DNA of 61,992 nt, the filler included, from Nemertoderma westbladi (taxonomy: Eukaryota; Animalia; Xenacoelomorpha): assembly GCA_032718475.1 (NCBI GenBank). It is 3 parts of 3 records of this genome, joined end to end, with 100 filler letters (N's around TTAATTAATTAA, not from the genome) between each part and the next. Parts side by side here need not be neighbours in the genome. Positions count along the whole stretch, not along the records: positions 1 to 26,704 come from JAUCBJ010005834.1; 2 more parts are not named here. One strand, 5' to 3'. This document shows positions 11,942 to 24,317 of the stretch, one piece after another; the first letter of the stretch is position 1, and every line of letters starts with the position of its first letter. The notes beneath the pieces were generated by a model. The model was not told where the DNA came from. It saw only the letters and a list, made by a program, of their open reading frames with translations, and made no database searches. The translations under genes were made by a program, and so were the position numbers.

Positions 11942-12517
11942 TGTGACGGGATCCAAGGATCCCGATTTATCCGGTGTCTTATCTACGCGTCCCGCCGTGT
12001 GTGTGTGAAAAGGAGTTCTGATGTTATTGAATAACTCTGACTATTGTTGTTCCGTATGTATAAATAGATATATAACATAGAGTATAGGCACAGTTGAATT
12101 ATTATAAAGTACCGGTAATACACTGAATGATGATGGTGGCAGCAGGCGGAGACGGTGATAAGAGTCCCGGTACTGCCCTAACTAACTGACTTACTAAAGT
12201 GAATGAAATGACAGCAACTGGTAATATATTGCACTGGTTGGCCGTATTACATTACTCAGTGTATGCCTTCCCCCCATTGGCTAATAACTCACTTCTCACC
12301 CTCCCATCTCTCTGGGAGTGCTTCCCCCCGCTGCTGTCACTCTCTCCCTCCCGGAGGTGTAACCTCTGACCCCCGCTGTGTGTTCCTTTGGGGTTTGTCG
12401 CCCCTTTTATTGGGGTGACACGAGGTTGATTGGTAATCAACCTCGTGCTCCCAATATTGCTTAAGGGTCTTGCTGGCCCAACTTTGTGGGGTGGTTAGTG
12501 GAATTGATTCGCTAACA
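11942..12517 (-). repeat. 5' LTR of BEL/Pao element 1
   Basis: Direct repeat of 4660-5235, followed by the TSD ACCAC. Confidence 0.95.
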
Positions 12518-14780
12518 ACCACCCACCTTAGAACCGATCTGAAACCCATGCACCACCCACCTTAGTACCGATCTGAAACCCATGTACCCAACACCTTAGA
12601 CCAGATCTGTAACTTATGTACCATCCACCTTAGACCCGATCTGAAACCCATGTACCACCCACTATTGACTCATCTGTAACCCATGTACCATCCACCTTAG
12701 ACCAGATCTGTAACCCATGTACCACCCACTATTGAATCATCAGAAACCCATGTACCATCCACCTTAGAACCGATCTGTAACTCATGTACCACCCACCTTA
12801 GAACCGATCTGTAAAACCCATGTACCACCCACTATTGACTCATCTGTAACCCATGTACCATCCACCTTAGAACCGATCTGTAACCCATGTACCACCTACC
12901 TTATACCCGATCTTATCCCATGTACCACCCACCTTAGACCAGATCTGTAACCCATGTACCACCCACCTTAGACCCGATCTGCAACCCATGTACAACCCAC
13001 TATTGATCCATCTGAAACCCATGTACCATCCACCTTAGAACCGATCTATAACCCATGTACCACCACTCTTGACCCATCTGTAACCCATGTACCATCCACC
13101 TTAGAACCGATATGTAACCCATGTACAACCCACCTTAGAACCGATCTGTAACTCATGTACCACCCACTATTGACTCATCTGAAACCCATGTACCACCACC
13201 TTAGACCAGATCTGTAACCCATGTACCACCACCTTAGACCAGATCTGTAACCCATGTACCACCCACTATTGAATCATCTGAAACCCATGTACCATCCACC
13301 TTAGAACCGATCTGTAACCCATGTACCACCCACTATTGACTCATCTGAAACCCATGTACCACCACCTTAGACCAGATCTGTAACCCATGTACCACCACCT
13401 TAGACCAGATCTGTAACCCATGTACCACCCACTATTGAATCATCTGAAACCCATGTACCATCCACCTTAGAACCGATCTGTAACCCATGTACCACCAACT
13501 ATTGACTCATCTGTAACCCATGTACCATCAACCTTAGAACCGACCTGTAACCCATGTACCACCACTATTGACTCATCTGAAACCCATGTACCAACCACCT
13601 TACACCCGATCTGAAACCCATGTACCACCCACTATTGACTCATCTGTAACCCATGTACCACCCACCTTAGAACCGATCTGTAACCCATGTACCACCCACC
13701 TTAGAACCGATCTGTAACTCATGTACCACCACCTTAGACCAGATCTGTAACCCATGTACCACCACTATTGACTCATCTGAAACCCATGTACCAACCACCT
13801 TAGACCAGATATGTAACTCATGTACCACCCACCTTAGAACCGATATGTAACTCATGTACCACCACCTTAGATCAGATCTGTAACCCATGTACCACCCACC
13901 TTAGAACCGATCTGTAACCCATGTACAACCCACTATTGATTCATCTGAAACCCATGTACCATCCACATTAGAACCGATCTATAACCCATGTACCACCACT
14001 CTTGACCCATCTGTAACCCATGTACCATCCACCTTAGAACCGATCTGTAACCCATGTACAACCCACCTTAGAACCGATCTGTAACTCATGTACCACCCAC
14101 TATTGACTCATCTGTAACCCATGTACCACCACCTTAGACCAGATCTGTAACCCATGTACCACCCACTATTGACTCATCTGAAACCCATGTACCACCACCT
14201 TAGACCAGATCTGTAACCCATGTACCACCACTATTGACTCATCTGTAACCCATGTACCACCCACCTTAGAACCGATCTGTAACCCATGTACCACCCACCT
14301 TAGAACCGATATGTAACTCATGTACCACCCACTATTGACTCATCTGAAACCCATGTACCACCACCTTAGACCAGACCTGTAACCCATGTACCAGCACTAT
14401 TGACTCATCTGTAACCCATGTACCACCCACCTTAGAACCGATCTGTAACCCATGTACCACCCACCTTAGACCAGATCTGTAACTCATGTACCAACCACCT
14501 TAGACCAGATCTGTAACTCATGTACCACCACTATTGACTCATCTGAAACCCACGTACCATCCACCTTAGAACCGATCTGTAACCCATGTACCACCCACCT
14601 TTGAACCGATCTGAAACCCATGTACCACCCATTATTGACTCATCTGAAACCCATGTACCACCCACCTTAGACCAGATCTGTAACCCATGTACCACCCACT
14701 ATTGAATTATCTGAAATCCATGTACCACCCACCTTAGACCCAATCTGAAACCCATGTACCACCCACCTTAGATCCGATCT
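12518..14780. repeat. 33-34 bp satellite, right block (~67 units)
   Basis: Same units as 1098-4659. The last unit overlaps the end of Reeler exon 2. Confidence 0.95.
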
Positions 14781-14942
14781 TGCAGTCCGGTGCGTGCCAG
14801 GTGTATACAACCTCATCGTTTAGTATGTTCCCGGCATACACATGAGTGATGGCGCTGTTCTCAATATCTTGACAATCGATTGTTTTAGTCCGATCTGGCG
14901 CTGTGAATGAACCAACGATGGTATTTGTGCCTTCTTTCCTTG
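14767..14942 (-). CDS. Reeler-domain protein, exon 2: (A)RKEGTNTIVGSFTAPDRTKTIDCQDIENSAITH...VYTWHAPDCKIGSK
   Basis: Acceptor tttgtttcattgtag| (phase 1) and donor AAG|gtgggt (phase 0); 176 nt. Contains Reeler motifs vGsF, C...aiTH and WxAP. Confidence 0.88.
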
Positions 14943-14970
14943 CTACAATGAAACAAAATAAACAAAGTAG

Positions 14971-15087
14971 ATTAATGGTGGGTTATTCTGCGCTGAGATC
15001 TAACGACAATGGTTAATGGTGGGTTATTCTGCGCTGAGATCTCACGACAATGATTAATGGTGGGCTATTCCGTGCTGAGATCTCACG
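14971..15087. repeat. ~41 bp minisatellite, 3 copies
   Basis: ttaatggtgggttattctgcgctgagatct repeated three times. Confidence 0.85.
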
Positions 15088-15323
15088 CTAGTCTCATTAG
15101 TTAGAGTTTATAAAACATAAGAAATAAAGTTCTATAAAACACTTAATAACGATAAATTGTAAACAAATAGAAATTCTCCATTATAAGAAATTCAATAAAA
15201 TTTCGTACGAGAAATCAAAACCTGGTATTACTGGTATACTGGTATATTACCTGGGTATTACCTGGATACCTGGTATAATGTTACAACATTTTTTAATTTT
15301 ATTCAATTTTATTTGAATCAGTT

Positions 15324-18300
15324 TGTGGGGCGAGCGACGAAAGTAAGCGAGTTTAGCATACAGGTACCACTAACTCAATCGGTGTGTCTGTTGCTCTGTG
15401 GGGCGAGCCACGAAGTGAGTGAGCCTTAGCGTAGTGGTACCATTAATCAACCTGTGGGGCGAGCCACGAAGTGAGTGAGCCTTAGCGTAGTGGTACCATT
15501 AATCAACCTGTCGTTCTGTCGTGTTCAATTTTAAACGTTAATAACTCGGCCAATCTTTGATGAAATCTATCCAAACTTGGTACACATGTTGTTTGGCAAA
15601 AGTTTAGAAATTTTCCAAGTAGAATTTCCGTGTGGCCTTCGAGAAGCTAAGATAATAGCAGTTAATTAGTTAATTAAGTTGATTACGATAAGATTTAAAT
15701 AATTATACTTAAAAATTATACAGATGTAATCCACATACGCCATTCTATTATAGTTTTTAATTAGTTCAAGTGATTTGCTTTAATAATTGTGTCTTTAATT
15801 GATCTAAAGTAATTAAAACGGAATAAAAAATTGATTCTCATTAAATACTGCTCATTTATTGGATAACATGCTGGTACGATGGAAGGATGTGTGTGTAAGG
15901 CAGCTAGTTGCTGGGAATGATTATTGGTCAAGTCTCTGCTGGTGTGGAGCTAGCTGGGAGTTGTGGCTGTAGACTAACCAGAGAGGAATAGTAATAGGCA
16001 ACCAGTATTGCTATTCCAGCCCAGACAGCATTCTTTAAATCCACTATAAATGTTGTATTGCTATCTCAGGTAAATGACAGATATAATAACATAAATACCA
16101 TCCATGGCATGGCTGTTGTAGGCTTCTGAAATAGTTTATTCCACAATGTATATGTCTGTTTATTCTTTAATTGAATTTTTGCAAAGTAGTAAAATTAATG
16201 TTCTTAAAAATAATATTATTATTTTATATGTAACCTAGGAAATTAGCTACATTTTTTCGCTGCAGCTTTAAGAGTGTACATTGATTTAATATTATTTCAA
16301 TACCCATATTACTACATCGGCATAAGATGCGTTGGCGTTGTATCACACCTCCACATATCACACATCTCCACATAGATGTATCAACAGTTACTCGCACAGT
16401 TTCGAAACTTCGCATAGTTATAACAGTATAAAGATCGTCAGTTTACGTTTAGGGAAAATATTTTATGACAAAACAGGACAAGCGACGAGCGCAACGAGGC
16501 ATATAATGAAGACGAGTACTGCGTTGACTAAATTATTATATAAACCACCTGGCTTCACATATTGATCGCATCCCTAGTTATTATTATTATAAAGATCGTC
16601 CTAGCCTGCGTTTAAGAAATATATTTAAATACAAAACAGGACGAACGCAAAGAGGCTTATCATGAAAACGAGTACTGCGTTTATTATATTCCTATAAACC
16701 ACCTGGCTTTGCATATTCAACGTGCGATTGGAAATAAGTTCGTGCTACCCTTCCGTGGGTGGTAGATGTCGCGGCGCGGTTATGTATTGGTGGTTGGGAA
16801 GGGTGGGGGGGGGGGGGGGGATATTAAAAGGGGTGAACACGTACTGTCCCCCTTTCTTTGATTGATTGGTGGTGTGGGTAAATTTCTCAAAACCTGATTT
16901 TGTGATACAGTCGCTCAATTTTAATTTGTATCTAATAACTGGGCCTCGTGCTGCGCGAAGGCCCCACGAACGTGTCGTTCTGTCGTGTTCAATTTTAAAC
17001 GTTAATAACTCGGCCAATCTTTGATGAAATCTATCCAAACTTGGTACACATGTTGTTTGGCAAAAGTTTAGAAATTTTCCAAGTAGAATTTCCGTGTGGC
17101 CTTCGAGAAGCTAAGATAATAGCAGTTAATTAGTTAATTAAGTTGATTACGGTAAAAACAGCATTTTCAACCTGCCTTTTAAAGGAAATTAATTGTTTTA
17201 CAGTATAAGATTTAAATAATTATACTTAAAAATTATACAGATGTAATCCACATACGCCATTCTATTATAGTTTTTAATTAGTTCAAGTGATTTGCTTTAA
17301 TAATTGTGTCTTTAATTGATCTAAAGTAATTAAAACGGAATAAAAAATTGATTCTCATTAAATACTGCTCATTTATTGGCCAACATGCTGGTACATAGAT
17401 GGAAGGATGTGTGTGTAAGGCAGCTAGTTGCTGGGAATGATTATTGGTCAAGTCTCTGCTGGTGTGGAGCTAGCTGGGAGTTGTGGCTGTAGACTAACCA
17501 GAGAGGAATAGTAATAGGCAACCAGTATTGCTATTCCAGCCCAGACAGCATTCTTTAAATCCACTATAAATGTTGTATTGCTATCTCAGGTAAATGACAG
17601 ATATAATAACATAAATACCATCCATGGCATGACTGTTGTAGGCTTCTGAAATAGTTTATTCAACAATGTATATGTCTGTTTATTCTTTAATTGAATTTTT
17701 GCAAAGTAGTAAAATTAATGTTCTTAAAAATAATATTATTATTTTATATGTAACCTAGGAAATTAGCTACATTTTTTCGCTGCAGTTTTAAGAGTGTACA
17801 TTGATTTAATATTATTTCAATACCCATATTACTACATCGGCATAAGATGCGTTGGCGTTGTATCACACCTCCACATATCACACATCTCCACATAGATGTA
17901 TCAACAGTTACTCGCACAGTTTCGAAACTTCGCATAGTTATAACTGTATAAAGATCGTCAGTTTACGTTTAGGGAAAATATTTTATGACAAAACAGGACA
18001 AGCGACGAGCGCAACGAGGCATATAATGAAGACGAGTACTGCGTTGACTAAATTATTATATAAACCACCTCGAACGCAAAGAGGCTTATCATGAAAACGA
18101 GTACTACGTTTATTATATTCCTATAAACCACCTGGCTTTGCATATTCAACGTGCGATTGGAAATAAGTTCGTGCTACCCTTCCGTGGGTGGTAGATGTCG
18201 CGGTTATGTATTGGTGGTTGGGAAGGGTGGGGGGGGGGGGGGATATTAAAAGGGGTGAACACGTACTGTCCCCCTTTCTTTGATTGATTGGTGGTGTGGG

Positions 18301-18950
18301 TAAATTTCTCAAAACCTGATTTTGTGATACAGTCGCTCAATTTTAATTTGTATCTAATAACTGGGCCTCGTGCTGCGCGAAGGCCCCACGAACGTGTTGT
18401 TCTGTTGTGTCCAATTTTAAACGTTAATAACTTTAATAAATATGTTAATGAAATTTAACTAAACTTGGTACACATGTAGTCTGGCCAAAGTTTAGAAATT
18501 TTCCAAGATGAATTTCTGTGTCGCCTTCGAGAAGCTAAGTTAATAGCAGTTAATTAGTTAATTAAGTTGGTTAATAACTCAACCAAATGTTACTGAAATT
18601 TAACCAAACTTGATACACATGTTAGTCTGGCCAAAGTTTAGAAATTTTCCAAGTTGAATTTCTGTGTGGCTTTCGAGAAGCTAAGATAATTTAGTTAAGT
18701 TAGCAGTTAATTAGATAATTAAGTTGATTAGGGTAAAAACAGCATTTTCAACCTGCCTCTTAAATGATATAATGATAAATGATAATTTGATATTATTTTC
18801 TAGTATAAGATTTAAATAATTATACTTCAAAATTATATAACTGTATTCCCCATAACCCATTCCATTATAGTTTTTGATTAGCTCAAGAGATTTGCTTTAA
18901 TAAATGTGTTTTTAATCGATCTAAACGTAATTGAGTTATCAAAATGCCAC
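15324..18950. mobile_element. Tandem non-autonomous DNA-element copies (Helentron/DINE-1-like), ~1.45 kb unit
   Basis: 56 bp head repeats (gtggggcgagccacgaagtgagtgagcc), then ctgtcgttctgtc and an ataactc...aaacttggtacaca core, and tail gggcctcgtgctgcgcgaaggccccacg. Copies at ~15508-16972 and 16973-18395, with a partial third from ~18396. The family assignment is from architecture only. Confidence 0.6.
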
Positions 18951-19107
18951 CTTATCTTTATACAGTTCCCTCATTCATTGGCTTGCTTGATATTGCCTAG
19001 CCTATCTGCTGGCGCTGGGAACCAATCCAACAACCTCAGCACTACTTGGCAACGGGTAATTACATAAATAGGACATAGGCACTACAGTAGTGTAAGGTAA
19101 AGTCAGC

Positions 19108-20772
19108 TTGTGGGGCGAGCCACGAAGTGAGTGAGCCTTAGCGTAGGGGTACCATTAATCAACCTGTGGGGCGAGCCACGAAGTGAGTGAGCCTTAGCGT
19201 AGGGGTACCATTAATCAACCTGTCGTTCTGTCGCGTTTTTTTTTCACTATTTTATTTTAAACGTTAATAACTCGGCCAATCCTTGATGAAATCTATCCAA
19301 ACTTGGTACACATGTTGTTTGGCAAAAGTTTGAAAATTTTCCAAGTAGAATTTGCGTGGGGCCTTCGTGCAGCATCAGTGTAACTGTTATTGCAGTTATA
19401 ATAAATTTATTTATCCAAATTTAAAATGCGTTAAATTATTATTACTGTAGGATAAATCAGCTGGGTTTCTGACAAATTTTGCAATACATTGGGGCTCCTG
19501 TCTGCCAATCTGCATGTACCATGTGTACCGGTACTGTCAGGCTGTACTCAATCCCTGAATCGAGAATCCTGCAATCAGTCAATACTGCAATACTGGTCAG
19601 CCGGTACCATACACTGCAGACATGCCATATCATGTAATCTAATTAAACATGGCCCCGGCAACCCTTGCGGTGATTATAGTTTAGGCCTAATTAGCCCAGT
19701 ACCGGCACCGGTAATAATAATATAATAGTTTAGATAGTTACCGCTAATCATTCAGTCATTGGCACGGTACACCGTATTGCTGTACTGCCGTTGTAGTGCG
19801 CACCGTAGGTACCACCCTACTACCGGTACCGGCTGACCGGTGGCAACTAGCACTTCAGCACTTGCACAGCAACAGCACTACCGGCGATACACAGGTTGGA
19901 ATTTATGTAGAGTTTGCTCAACAGTACAGATATAAAATAGTTATCTAAATTATATATATTACTATTGACAAGTATTGAAATATATACCGTTATTCGTGTT
20001 ATCAGTATTTGCAACATCTGACATTGAAGAGGTGAGAGAAGATGAATACCGGCACTCAACAAAACCAACGCTTATCACAGGTCGGTATGGTTACCTCGAA
20101 ACCGGCGCGACTGTCCACTCGAATACAACTTCAAAACACAAACGCCAACAATAAACTGAAAGCGAATCGAACGTCTTCAGAAGAATCTGTCATTGGGACG
20201 AAGAAAAGGAAGCCGAAACCACGGGAATGGACCACAGCTAAGATTGAATGCTCCCATTGTCAGAGTTCCTGGACCGAAATTGAAACACCAATTGCCGATG
20301 GGCTTGATCTCTCAAACCAAAACTTCCTCTGCGGGGTTTGCGCGGCAGTAAAGATTGAAAGTCTGGAAGCTGGCATCCCCAGGTATTATTATTATAAAGA
20401 GCGTCAGCCTGCGTTTAATAAATATATTTTAATACAAAACAGGTCGAACGCAAAGAGGCTTATAATGAAGACGAGTACTGCATTGATTATATTCCTATAA
20501 ACCACCTGGCTTTGCATATTGTACGTGCGTTTGGAAATAAGTTCGTGCTACCCTTCCGTGGGTGGTAGATGTCGCGGTTATGTATTGGTGGGTGGGGAGG
20601 GGGGGGGGGGGGGGTGCAGATTAAAAGGGGTGAACACGTACTGTCCCCCTTTCTTTGATTAATTGGTGGTGTGGGTTAATCTCTCATAACCTGATTTTGT
20701 GATACAGTCGCACAATTTTAATTTGTATCTCATAACTGGGCCTCGTGCTGCGCGAAGGCCCCACGAACGTGT
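19108..20772. mobile_element. Another copy of the same family with different internal sequence
   Basis: Same head (19110, 19166) and tail (20385-20772). A 20 bp inverted repeat links 19355-19374 and 20746-20765 (19/20). Confidence 0.6.
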
Positions 20773-21144
20773 TTTATCTGCCTTTCATTAATCATCTGTG
20801 CTCCTTTGGGTTGGGGTGGTGCAGATTAAGAGGGCGGTTGAAGCAAGGGGGGGGGGGGATCTTTCCTCTCTTCTTTGATTCAATCTTATTGGTTTTGGTT
20901 AAATTTTCTTAATTATTTATTTAAATTTCTTAACTACCGATTTTGGGATAGAATTGCTCAATTTTAATCTGTTTACTGGGTTTAAATACTTAATTTAATT
21001 TAAAATATTAAGGGAAAGTTGCAGGTTACAGTGGCGCTGTTTTATAACAAAAACAATAAACAAATCTTTATTACATTTGCGGCCAATTTAAGCTGGAGAT
21101 TCCTTTTACTCTGTTTGGGCTACTGCTTTCTGACCGACTCATAT

Positions 21145-21450
21145 AATAATAATAATAATAATAAGTATATATATAGCGCCAATACGCTGTGTTCTAGGCG
21201 CATACAGTATACAATGAGCAAGCAAGCAAAGAGTCGGCCGAAGCCGGAGGTGACCCGAAGGCACCTCTTTCGATAGCTTCTACCCGAGGGTAGGGGTGGG
21301 CGCTACTCCTATCCCAAAATTTGCTCCCAGTTATTTAACTGGTACTCATTTTGTCGACCCCAGTGGATGAAAGCTGAGTGGACCCTGGCGGGGCTAAACC
21401 TACAACCAAAGATTGCAGGCCCAGCGCTCAACCAACTGAGCTACCCCGCC
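21145..21450 (-). mobile_element. tRNA-derived SINE with a Meta-like central domain and (TAT)n tail
   Basis: Minus strand: head ggcggggtagctcagttggttgagcgc; core ctcagctttcatcc...ggtcgacaaaatgagtacc, recalled as resembling the MetaSINE domain; tail tattattattat. Confidence 0.75.
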
Positions 21451-21806
21451 TTATACACGCGGTATACAATGAACCCACGTACAATTACACACAGAATGTA
21501 CACATATGAATATGATAAAAAGAAAACGAGTTGATAAAAATTGTTGTTAATAATATAAGTTAATATTGACTGAGTTGAAAAAAAATAAACCCACCACCCT
21601 GAGGAAGACCTAGTGCCTTAGGAAGCACTGGAAGAGCAATTAGCTTATGGGTTAATACATTAGAAACCCACAGCTTATGTGATCGTAAACACCAGCTGTT
21701 ATTGGTGATATTTTACAATTGCGCCTATGGCACAATATATACAATTATGTATATTTTTCGGGCTCAGCAGCTATGGACGGAGTAGCCGATCATGCCAGGG
21801 ACCTTA

Positions 21807-23960
21807 TAGGCGAGTCAATCTAGCCGAAAAAGGGGGTCAACCCATAACAAATTCGCAATTCATCCAAACCAATTTTTTTTATTCTACATTACCTTGTTAA
21901 ATCCCCCCAAAAAAAATATAAAAATATATTATGCGGAACACCTTCAATTTGCTGTTTCTTTCCTTAGCAACATGGATTTTACATAGCAACAAGGGGTCTA
22001 TTGGTGGGATTTTCTCCAAATTTGGTACAGACAAACTTTTCTCTAATGACTATCGCTTGACAGAAGTATGCACTTCTATATAGTTACCAATTTAGTTTCC
22101 AGAGCAACGGAAATTTGTCTATTAATTTAACCATTTTTAATACCAATTTTGCTGGTACAATATTAGGACCTTATTTACACAACTTCTCTACTAAATGGGT
22201 GCATGTAACCTCGCCCATCGGATTTATCGACATCAAAAACCCATATCCCCAAAACATTTATTTGTTATATGATAAACTATTGTGGTTTCTAAACTAAAAC
22301 AAATAAATAAATTACACCTAAAATCAATAGAGCAATCACAATTTAAGTATGTGAAAAATCTTCACTAACATTAATGGAAATTATGAAATTTCCTTGCAGT
22401 GGAATTGTATAATTTTTTTACAACAGTTTCCTTAATATATCGTGAAGTTTTTGATATATTTAAGCCCCCCTTAAATATATCAAAAACTTCACGATATATT
22501 TAGCGCATTTTCTGACCAAAAAGACAAATTTTTGAAACATATCCTATCTGATGCAGAATTTCATGCTAAATCCAAATATGGAAACCGTTTTCCCATATCT
22601 TGCTTAGTTTTCGAGATATCTGGGATAGAAGATACTGGCTCCGATATATCGCGATATCAGTGAAGGCGATGAAGTTTGGGGTTTGCATTCAATTTCTGCA
22701 AATTTATGTGCTCAGTGGTGCCAATTGGATGTCTCCACGAGAAAGAGCACAAAATTTTAATTGAGAAAGTATTTTTTTATGATTATTGGACCTACTTGTG
22801 AGTTTATAAGACAACTTCAAGTCTCCGGAATGAAGACGGGACACGAATAACCGACTCTGCGGTCTTTGCGGGATTACACGGACTAGACTAATGGTCATCG
22901 GAGATCTTCAAAATGTATAATCTCCAGTTCTAGTGGACGTACGAAGTTCGTTTTAGGCTCATTCGAAAGCTCTTTTCTTAGAGAACAAAGTTACCATTTG
23001 ATTTAAGACAAACTGGTTGTGAAACAACATAACATGATTTTGGGTAATATATGCCTTGCAAATTTTGTTCAAGTAATGATTGCTCAGGCAGCTTTCAAGA
23101 GTTTTCCAAACCAAATGGTAACTTTGGTCTCTGAGAAAAGAGCTTTCGAATGAGCCCAAAACGATACGACTCCGTACGACCACTAGAACTGGAGATTATA
23201 CATTTTGAAGATCTCCAATGACCGATAAGTCTATTCCGTGTAATCCCGCAGAGTCGTTTATTCGAGTCCCGTCTTCATTCCGGAGACTTTAAATTGTCTT
23301 ATAAACAGATCAGTAGGTCCAATAATCATAAAAAAATACCTTCTCAATTAAAATTTTGTGCTCTTTCTCGTGGAGACATCCAATTAGCACTACTGAGCAC
23401 ATAAATATTCAGAAATTGAATGCAAACTCCAAACTTCATCGCATTTACCGATATCGCGATATATCGGAGCCAGTATCTTCTATCCCAGATATCTCGAAAA
23501 CTAAGCAAGATATGGGAAAATGGTTTCCATATTTGGATTCAGCATGAAATTCAGCATCAGATAGGATATGTTTCAAAAATTCGACTTTTTGGTCAGAAAA
23601 TGTGCTACCTCACTTACCGCTTAAAAATTTGATGCGACTTCTAGTTTCCGAGATATAGAAATTAATGTGTAACACGCCAGTGTAAATATTACTCATTTCC
23701 CATTGAATCACAGCTTATTGTGAAATTGATTAAATTATTATGGAACAGCACCAATTTGCTACTTACTTTTCCCTAATGTTCCTTTTGTTTGGCTTGTGTT
23801 ATGCAAATTTACGCAGAATTTCCATGAATAAACATATGATCCGCAAAATAAAATTTTGTAGACTTTTTTTGGTCATTAATAAGGTAATATAGAATCCAAA
23901 ATATGTGGTTCGGATTGATTGCGAAACACTTATGGGTTTTTTGCTAGATTGACTCGACTA
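21807..23960. mobile_element. Non-autonomous TIR DNA transposon (outer element)
   Basis: Termini tag(g/t)cgagtcaatctagc ... gctagattgactcgacta; degenerate inverted similarity extends ~130 bp inward. Confidence 0.7.
22501..23607. mobile_element. Foldback element with ~500 bp inverted arms (22501-23004 / 23108-23607)
   Basis: tagcgcattttctgaccaaaaag... mirrored by ...ctttttggtcagaaaatgtgcta, with a ~100 bp spacer. Confidence 0.85.
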
Positions 23961-24067
23961 TTAGAATCTGGCCAACGAGCCGCTGTGAGCTGTTTTGGCT
24001 GGAGATCAGTCAGTCAGTTACGAGCAATTCTTACAGTAAGCACCAATCGTGTTACTAATTTACGTAC

Positions 24068-24317
24068 CTTGGAGTAGAATTCCAGTATATTGTCCACTGA
24101 TAGATATGTAAACGTTGTCCCCTGGAGTGAACTTCGTTTTGGATAGGATGAAATTGTAAGGGCATTCAGCTGTTTGTGGCTCGGCATTGTGATAGGCAGC
24201 AGCGGCATTGGGAGTCATACTGTTGCAGGCACCGATAGGGGCCCCGTCTGGTTTTCCCGTTACCACGACTATAGATAGCCAAAAAATGGCCACCACAGGA
24301 ACCACGGTATCGTACAT
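24068..24317 (-). CDS. Reeler-domain protein, exon 1 (signal peptide + N-terminal Reeler); spliced product 210 aa
   Basis: MYDTVVPVVAIFWLSIVVVTG signal peptide, then PDGAP..AC.SMTP..H..PQ...PY and ..GILLQ. Donor G|gtacgt (phase 1) joins exon 2 to give GILLQARK, matching the Reeler GFLLQAR motif. Confidence 0.88.

Larger units (their letters stand above)
4660..12517 (-). mobile_element. Non-autonomous BEL/Pao LTR retrotransposon (gag-protease only, RT/RNase H/integrase deleted)
   Basis: Two 576 bp TG...CA LTRs (4660-5235, 11942-12517; about 9 differences counted by eye), 5 bp TSD ACCAC (4655-4659, 12518-12522), PPT next to the left LTR, and BEL-type gag/protease on the minus strand. Confidence 0.93.

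Noticed and set aside
1098-14780. CRISPR array or coding repeat
   Set aside because: Units are contiguous, with only a few recurring core variants and no unique spacers; there are no cas genes; 33/34 bp units do not keep frame.
16224-18340. Short duplicated ORFs
   Set aside because: They fall inside non-coding repeat copies and show no protein signatures.
21597-21630. Hammerhead-like ctgagga
   Set aside because: No GAAA or stem III partner follows.
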